From the NCBI GenBank assembly GCA_023267655.1, contig JAHFMV010000003.1, positions 16,522 through 80,521 on the forward strand: DNA of 64,000 nucleotides, in the 5' to 3' direction. The position numbers were made by a program, and so were the translations under genes. Source of the stretch: Candidatus Kaiserbacteria bacterium (GTDB lineage Bacteria; Patescibacteriota; Minisyncoccia; Phycocordibacterales; UBA2100). The stretch's first letter is position 1; every line of letters begins with the position of its first letter. Shown here piece by piece: positions 58,801 to 64,000 of the stretch. The notes under the pieces are model-generated. The model was not told where the DNA came from, did not search any database, and saw only the letters and a list, made by a program, of their open reading frames with translations.

Positions 58801-59685
58801 TCAGAATCACTCGTCGCGCGCCTTTCGAAATATACGAAAGGCACGTGGTCGGGATTCATGAACCGCCCGACCAACGTCGATATGAACAAAAAACTTACGG
58901 TCTTTTCCGTGCGCGATATGGAAGATGATTTGAAGCCGGTCGCGATGTACATCATTACACACCACATTTGGAACACGGTAAGGAAAGAACTGCGAAAGCG
59001 CCTGCTTGTGATCGACGAGGCGTGGTGGATGATGAAATCGCAAGACACGGCGAGCTTCCTTTTCGGTATTGCAAAGCGCGGCCGTAAATACTATCTCGGT
59101 CTCTCGACGATTACGCAGGACGTCAACGACTTTCTCACCTCACCGTACGGCGCGGCGATGATCACGAACTCATCAATTCAGCTCCTTCTGCGCCAATCAC
59201 CGACGTCGGTTGATCTTGTACAAAGCACGTTCAAATTGACTGATGAAGAAAAGTATTTGCTCCTCGAATCCGACGTGGGGGAGGGGATTTTCTTCGCCGG
59301 ACTGAAGCATGTTGCCATCAAAGTCATCGCCTCGTACACCGAAGACCAAATCATTACCTCCGATCCGTCGCAAATCCTCGCTATCAAGAAAGCAAAAATG
59401 GATCTCGCTTCTGCAAACGATACAAGCGCACCTGCCGCACCACGACAGAGCGCCGCTGATATCTTAAAAGCCGCGGCCATGAAGGAATCGAGCGGTATCG
59501 CGCAGCAGGCCGCTACCGAGGCACTACCAACGCAAACACCAGCGGCAAGCACAGAATCCGACAATCCGCTTCCACCGCCCCCAACACCGACTCCTACTCC
59601 ACCGCCCTCGCCTGTCGCGCCTGCACCTGCGGCACCCACCGCGCCCTCGCTTCCACCCGAAGCAAATCCTGATCGTCCGGTATGA
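55882..59685 (+). CDS. VirB4/TraE-like ATPase, intein-containing
   Basis: YGIN, Walker A AKSGAGK|S, IDPEREY, INPFD, Walker B LVIDEAW, RGRKY, TQDV; Pro-rich tail. Confidence 0.9.
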   Translation: MALLDLFKKSSVPAATVLPVLPEEIYRTGVLGLQDVIAPHALRVSPRELDLGEKIARTFFVISYPRFLTTGWFAPIINMDKVLDIAIFIHPMDTNEMLRKFQKKVAEVQSQIATREEKGMVRDPMLDTAYQDLEKLRDSLQQAQERIFDVGLYLTIYGSSREEIDKVESEIRSILESRLVYIRPALFQQEQGFRSTLPIATDELNVHTKLNSAPLSSIFPFISFDLTSDRGILYGINRHNSSLILFDRFSLENYNSVTFAKSGAGKSVCYEEPVLTRESGIIRYAPIGQVVEKTIKKHGCRKIDDELEGVIDPGIEVFSFDQDMRGRWSKVSVAARKDAPDTYYAFRTKSGREVTTTADHNMLVLRRGKVIAAKSENVKEGEYIPLPRSVHPSLHSPRHIGSSLLPVTEHLSSVLGWIAAEGTIAKRSIIISNTDQESLSHIENECRALGFSCGSNKRWVAIYGKRVCEQLKALGATGKSGTKTVPGFLFNTSRDVVASYLQAYFEGDGGVENHEITALSKSKELISGLSYLLYYFGIIARIQKRQKKYAKTGRKRTFWMLSISGQDNIRKFQEHIGFISTRKKEALAKIAVKNGNTNCDIVPGLQPLAKELELLFDTQLSDISDFSALKQGHGLSPTRLGTLVDTMEARVRRFKDLYPFMQKLQDLPTVEAIIKKADGDRDLNHRLIETMSSSWFTVKQGMPPRTKNALKIFETAGVEAPKTIDELKGMVESGVSNLRVPRSDFDEYLTRSLHGTRDNSSYELLRTASQFIFWEYRRTLHNLHRVEEIIAMFKTLVNADLFWDPIVSIVKKANKKDKYVYDLTVDDEVFLAGHGGMFVHNSYTTKLEILRSLMFDTEVIVIDPEREYEYLATTVGGRYFNISLSSEHHINPFDLPIPREDENPGDILRNNIITLVGLFRIMLGGLTPEEDAVIDKAITETYALKDITQDANFASIEPPLLSDFELVLSGMEGSESLVARLSKYTKGTWSGFMNRPTNVDMNKKLTVFSVRDMEDDLKPVAMYIITHHIWNTVRKELRKRLLVIDEAWWMMKSQDTASFLFGIAKRGRKYYLGLSTITQDVNDFLTSPYGAAMITNSSIQLLLRQSPTSVDLVQSTFKLTDEEKYLLLESDVGEGIFFAGLKHVAIKVIASYTEDQIITSDPSQILAIKKAKMDLASANDTSAPAAPRQSAADILKAAAMKESSGIAQQAATEALPTQTPAASTESDNPLPPPPTPTPTPPPSPVAPAPAAPTAPSLPPEANPDRPV
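56680..58404 (+). mobile_element. intein (575 aa) with LAGLIDADG homing endonuclease
   Basis: Starts SVCYEEPV, block B TTADH, LGWIAAEG and LQAYFEGDG, YVYDLTV, ends FVHN followed by Ser+1. Confidence 0.93.
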
Positions 59686-60716
59686 CGCGTGCGTTTACAT
59701 TCCTTTTCTCCCTTGTTCTTACGGCGTGCATGTGCACGCTGGTCAGCGCACAATCGCTCTCACTTGAAAAGCCGATCACACTGCAAATTTCTCCCGAAAA
59801 TCCAGAGCCTCACGAAATGGTACATCTCACCATTCAGAGCTACGCCATCGACTTGAACCGGAGCGACATCACGTGGCGCGCAAATGATACGGTGATTGCA
59901 CAAGGTGCTGGCATCAAAGAAGCGACGTTTACGACAGGGGACGCGGGCGAAGAAACCACTATCGTTGTGACCGCGATCGACCCGGACGAAGAAGTCGGCC
60001 GTGTCGTCGCCTCGGTCATTCCGACGGAAGTTGACCTTCTCTGGGATAGCGATTCGTATGTGCCGCCCTTTTTCAAAGGCCGCACTCCGGCAGGAACGGG
60101 CGCGAACGTGCACCTCTATGCTGCAGCGCGTTTCCCAACTCTCAAGGGAGTGTTCGTTTCTGACAGCGATATTATTTACACGTGGTCACAAAATGGAACC
60201 ATCCTCGGAAGTAAATCCGGCCGTGGAAGATCAAGTATCACCATCCCCGGTCCCGCGCTCTTTGGTGCAGATAGTGTAAAAGTCGACGCAGAAACGGTTG
60301 ACAAAACCATGCGCGGAAGCGCGACGGCACAGATTCCCGCCGCGGACACGCATCTCGTATTGTATGAAAACCATCCTCTCTTTGGAATTTTGTTCCACCG
60401 CGCGATTATCGGCGACGTGAACACGAAAGAAAAAGAGCAAAAAGTGACCGTCGTCCCGTATTTTGCGCACATCACGTCGCCGAGTGACCCGTCGCTGTCG
60501 TATGATTGGCACGTCAACGACACGCGTATCGCGCCTGATCCTCACAACCCCGAGACACTCACCATTGCGGCTAATAATTACAATGGCCCCGCCTCGATCG
60601 CACTCACCCTCTCGAGCGCAAGCGATATTCTGATGCATGCAACCGGCCTCTGGTCGCTCATCTTCTCCGACACCAGCTCACTCTTCGGCGGAACTACGAA
60701 TGGATTTGGCCAATAA
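59682..60716 (+). CDS. secreted protein with Ig-like repeats
   Basis: Signal peptide; ISPENP, ITW..N, YTW.QNG, YDW.VN beta-sandwich patterns; SYVPPFFKG. Confidence 0.7.
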   Translation: MTRAFTFLFSLVLTACMCTLVSAQSLSLEKPITLQISPENPEPHEMVHLTIQSYAIDLNRSDITWRANDTVIAQGAGIKEATFTTGDAGEETTIVVTAIDPDEEVGRVVASVIPTEVDLLWDSDSYVPPFFKGRTPAGTGANVHLYAAARFPTLKGVFVSDSDIIYTWSQNGTILGSKSGRGRSSITIPGPALFGADSVKVDAETVDKTMRGSATAQIPAADTHLVLYENHPLFGILFHRAIIGDVNTKEKEQKVTVVPYFAHITSPSDPSLSYDWHVNDTRIAPDPHNPETLTIAANNYNGPASIALTLSSASDILMHATGLWSLIFSDTSSLFGGTTNGFGQ

Positions 60717-60717
60717 T

Positions 60718-62058
60718 ATGAACTACCAACGAATTTTCACGTACATTGGTGTCGCCGCGATCATACTCCTCCTTGTTGGGCTTCTTGGATGGTATTTCTT
60801 TATCCAGAAGGCAACACAATCGGTCCAAGGTGCGGACCAGGCACGTGGATTCTCTATCGGCATTCCGTCGTTCCTCGGGGGACAGGGCTCAAACGCGGCA
60901 AACACGAACACCGGCGGCTCTTCGGGAGCAAGTCTTGCGACACAACAAGAAACCGGATCCAAAGGAACACAAAGTGCACTCCTCAAATTCCTTGGTATTG
61001 GCGCACAACCACCACTTCAGGGCGCACGCGTTCCAACTTCTCCGCAGATGGCGCCCGCACAAGAGCCATTACAAAAGCGCGCGCCGCGCCTCTTCCATGC
61101 AAATCTCTCGCCGGTTGCGGGTGCTGCCTTCGTCGGATCAGGAAGTTCAACGCGACTGCGGTACGTCGAGCGGGCGACGGGAAATGTCTTTGATGTGAGC
61201 CCGGAGAGCGGCGATATTGTGCGCATTACCAACACGCTTATTCCCAAAGTGTATGCGGCATCAATGGGAAGTGGCGGCATCGTCGTTGAACGAACGCTTG
61301 AAGATGGTGCGCCTACCGCGCTTGTCGGGAAAATTGGCACGTCAACCGACGGGCTTGCCGCACTGAATACAAAAAATCTTGGCTCGAATGTCCGTGAAAT
61401 CGCGAGCATTCCAACTTCAAATAATATTGTGACTCTCACCCGCACCAACGCAGGGACGCGTCTCGTACGATCCGCATGGAACGGCGCATCTCCTCACGAC
61501 ATTGCATCAACCGCGGCGGGAGATTTCCGTATCCTCTGGCCATCCGACAACCGGATCTTTCTCGTTGAAAAAGCGGGAAGTGGCGTCTTGGGTAGTGCAT
61601 TCAATGTGGAGGGAGGAACTCTCACCGCACTGATCCGCAACATCCCCGGCCTCACGGTACTGCCACACCCATCGTCAGACGCACTTCTGTATGGCACGGA
61701 CGATGGCACGTCGCTCTCTCTCTTTGCACGGCCGGCAGGTGCGAGTGCGATAGAACTTCCGATCCATACCACCGCGGACAAATGCGTGTGGGGCGCCGGG
61801 ACAACCGCATACTGTGCGGTGCCCGATACAAAAACAGGCTCTGTGTTTCTTGATCGATGGTATCGTGGGGAGGTACACACCGAAGACACGTGGTACACCG
61901 TGGATACCGGCGCGGCAGATGCAACGAAACTGTTTACCTTGAGTACGAGCGATGCGGTCGATGTTGAATCACCAACCATCGATGCGGGCGGAAAGTATCT
62001 TGCGTTTCTCAACGCCCGCGACAAATCACTGTGGATATTCCGCATCAGCGACCAATAA
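60718..62058 (+). CDS. membrane-anchored beta-propeller-like protein
   Basis: N-terminal TM; YVERATGNV, RITNT, ADKCVW, YCAVP, D.WY.G. Confidence 0.7.
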   Translation: MNYQRIFTYIGVAAIILLLVGLLGWYFFIQKATQSVQGADQARGFSIGIPSFLGGQGSNAANTNTGGSSGASLATQQETGSKGTQSALLKFLGIGAQPPLQGARVPTSPQMAPAQEPLQKRAPRLFHANLSPVAGAAFVGSGSSTRLRYVERATGNVFDVSPESGDIVRITNTLIPKVYAASMGSGGIVVERTLEDGAPTALVGKIGTSTDGLAALNTKNLGSNVREIASIPTSNNIVTLTRTNAGTRLVRSAWNGASPHDIASTAAGDFRILWPSDNRIFLVEKAGSGVLGSAFNVEGGTLTALIRNIPGLTVLPHPSSDALLYGTDDGTSLSLFARPAGASAIELPIHTTADKCVWGAGTTAYCAVPDTKTGSVFLDRWYRGEVHTEDTWYTVDTGAADATKLFTLSTSDAVDVESPTIDAGGKYLAFLNARDKSLWIFRISDQ

Positions 62059-62059
62059 C

Positions 62060-62443
62060 ATGCACAAAAATTTCCACCAAAAAACCAAATATCTTTTTCA
62101 GGCGGCGGGCACTGCTGTGTTAAACGGCGTCGGAAATGCACAACAATCACCCTTTCTTTCAAAATTATTTGACCCCAACACGACATCACTCGCACAATTT
62201 TTTAACGCGCTTTTCAAGGCAGCAATCGTGCTTGGCGCAATGTTCGCGGTTCTTCGCCTCGGCTACGCGGGATTTATGTATATGACGACCGACCTCCCGG
62301 GAACAAAGGGAAACGCTCGAGAAATTATCAGCAAGGCCGTTCTCGGTCTTTTACTACTTCTCGGCGTTTGGCTAATTCTTAATCAAATTAATCCGGACAT
62401 TTTGAACCTCGACATCTTAAGAAATATAAAAAGCGCCCCGTGA
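62060..62443 (+). CDS. TrbC/VirB2-like pilin
   Basis: AVLRLGYAGFMYMT...AREII..AVLGLLLLLGVWLILNQINPDIL two-helix pilin pattern. Confidence 0.75.
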   Translation: MHKNFHQKTKYLFQAAGTAVLNGVGNAQQSPFLSKLFDPNTTSLAQFFNALFKAAIVLGAMFAVLRLGYAGFMYMTTDLPGTKGNAREIISKAVLGLLLLLGVWLILNQINPDILNLDILRNIKSAP

Positions 62444-62493
62444 GAGGCGCCCATGAAAATCAGTCGTCCGTACTGAATTTCATATTGATTTCG

Positions 62494-62721
62494 TTAGTGA
62501 CCGACTGTACCAGAGCCGTGACAGCGCGGACAAACCACGCGTCCCGTCCCCTGACACTGGCGACACTCTACTTGACGTGCACCCCTCTGAATGACACCAT
62601 TCCCTTTGCATCGTGGACAGTCAATCTGTCCCTTGCTTAAAAAGAAGTCCTTACAGCGTTGACAATCTCTTACGGCCATGACTTTTCCTTTCGTGCACTT
62701 GAGACATTCCACTTGCACCAT
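62494..62721 (-). CDS. small DnaJ-type zinc-finger protein
   Basis: Five CxxC motifs, three as CxxCxGxG. Confidence 0.7.
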   Translation of the reverse strand: MVQVECLKCTKGKVMAVRDCQRCKDFFLSKGQIDCPRCKGNGVIQRGARQVECRQCQGTGRVVCPRCHGSGTVGH

Positions 62722-62774
62722 CGCAAGCCATCCGTAATGTATACACACGGAAGGAAAAGTCAATCTTCCTCATC

Positions 62775-63245
62775 CTATGCCGCGTATCTAATAACCACGC
62801 GGCGATTGCGACCCTCGCCTTGCGATTCTGTTTTTACATTCGGCGCTTTTTGGAGGGTGGTATGCACGATGAGACGCTCGTACGCGCTCATGGGCGAGAG
62901 CTCCACGTCGTATTGGAAACTGCGCGCACGCTCGGCCATCATAAGGGCTTTCGTCTGTAAATCTTTGATCTGACGAGTGCGGTATTCATTGACGTCAACG
63001 AGAAAATGGTCTTCGGTTGGTTCTGCACCCTCAACGCGAGGGCCGTTTTTTTGTTCTACAATCTTCTTTACCAAGTAGTCAATGGCGTGGATGGCATCGC
63101 CATGGCCGCCGATGAGCTGCCGCGCATCGTCGGCTGCAATCATATAGATCTGCTGCCCCGCGACTTCGAGGTGTGAAATATCCTTATACACCGCCCCCAT
63201 AGAGTCGAGGAGAGATTTGAGAATTGGTTCAATGTCCACCTGCAT
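62775..63245 (-). CDS. jag: Jag/EloR (KhpB) RNA-binding protein, KH plus R3H
   Basis: LIGGHG, DVNEYR, LSPMSAYERLIVH, SQGEGRNRRVVI; follows yidC. Confidence 0.9.
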   Translation of the reverse strand: MQVDIEPILKSLLDSMGAVYKDISHLEVAGQQIYMIAADDARQLIGGHGDAIHAIDYLVKKIVEQKNGPRVEGAEPTEDHFLVDVNEYRTRQIKDLQTKALMMAERARSFQYDVELSPMSAYERLIVHTTLQKAPNVKTESQGEGRNRRVVIRYAA

Positions 63246-63300
63246 GGGTGGACTTTATCACCAACGGGCGGGAAGGGCTAGTTTGAGGGAATTTGCAGAT

Positions 63301-63415
63301 AATTTTCAATTCTCAATTTTCAGTGAATTTTCAATGTTCCAATGTTTGAAAATTGATTCATTCGAACTTGAATGAAAATTTGAAATTGATAATTGATAAT
63401 TGATAATTGAAAATT
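63301..63415. repeat. inverted AT-rich 7-bp repeats (AATTTTC/GAAAATT type)
   Basis: AATTTTC AATTCTC AATTTTC ... GAAATT GATAATT GATAATT GATAATT GAAAATT. Confidence 0.75.
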
Positions 63416-64000
63416 AGTCTGATTTCTTATCCCCAAATCGTCGTCCCATGAAAAGTTCCTGCCCAATCATAAAGAGGTTTGAGGTCGTCCAGTAGAGAGG
63501 TACGGCGGCAGAAACCGTAAATGCAATGCCCGCGACGATAAGCGGGAGGATGTAGCGCGCCTGGAGGTCGAAACTCTTGGCCATGTCATTTGAAAACGAT
63601 TGCTCTACGGGCGACGTGGCCATTTGGTTGCGAGGTCCCATGGAGAGACGCGCGTAGGTCAGTTGCGTGAGACCCGCGAGTGCAGCAAGAAGAATGCTTT
63701 TCTTTCCCATGTCGATAAGTCCGAGAAACTCCATGTTAAACATTTTCGGGACCGGAACGAACGAATACAAAAGGTCGGGATTGACGTGGGGAAGACCGCC
63801 GCGGCCGAAGACCCAATAGAGGCCGAGGAGGATTGGGAATTGGATGAGAATGAGAAAAAATGAAGAAAACGGCCGAATGCCGCGTTCTTTGTAGAGGGCA
63901 AAAATTGCTTTTGCCTGTTCGTCTTGTTTATCTTTGTATTTTGTTTTAATCGCTTCAATGTTCGGCGCAATCGCCTTCATCGCCATTTGCGTGCGGATCG
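63414..64000 (-). CDS. yidC: membrane protein insertase YidC (5' end beyond window)
   Basis: KYKD, LYKERGIRPF, LIQFPI, LYWTTSNLF..GQ. Confidence 0.93.
   Translation of the reverse strand, partial: IRTQMAMKAIAPNIEAIKTKYKDKQDEQAKAIFALYKERGIRPFSSFFLILIQFPILLGLYWVFGRGGLPHVNPDLLYSFVPVPKMFNMEFLGLIDMGKKSILLAALAGLTQLTYARLSMGPRNQMATSPVEQSFSNDMAKSFDLQARYILPLIVAGIAFTVSAAVPLYWTTSNLFMIGQELFMGRRFGDKKSD

Overview
This is a chromosomal segment that most likely comes from a Patescibacteria (CPR) bacterium of Parcubacteria type. That is inferred from gene content and order, not from a marker phylogeny. It probably lies near oriC, since jag and yidC are at the right end and parS-like palindromes occur near 24 kb. 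Core genes include tpiA, nusA, ppa, tig, clpP, rny, HU, cca, xth, a xer recombinase, rarA, rpsO, pnp, a dksA-like gene, comM, uvrD/pcrA, rsmA, jag, yidC and four tRNAs. There is a type IV pilus locus (pilB, pilC, three minor pilins) and a CPR-type T4SS-like locus (VirB6-like, PrgI, VirB4 with a 575-aa LAGLIDADG intein, VirB2-like pilin). The least explained signals are non-coding. (1) Thirteen loci carry degenerate 7-bp repeat arrays, mostly as inverted pairs at gene junctions; two pairs enclose four-helix-bundle (IVS/Avd-like) genes and the rest look like empty shells. (2) A conserved ~87-nt core occurs three times, each closed by a stem of different sequence. (3) A BrnT/BrnA module is bracketed by a synonymously diverged duplicate of the tig 3' end. 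(4) A MITE-like element has TIRs and a 4-bp TSD. (5) Many core genes show a TANNNT-N6-start leaderless architecture. All product calls come from recognising motifs by eye; no database searches were run.
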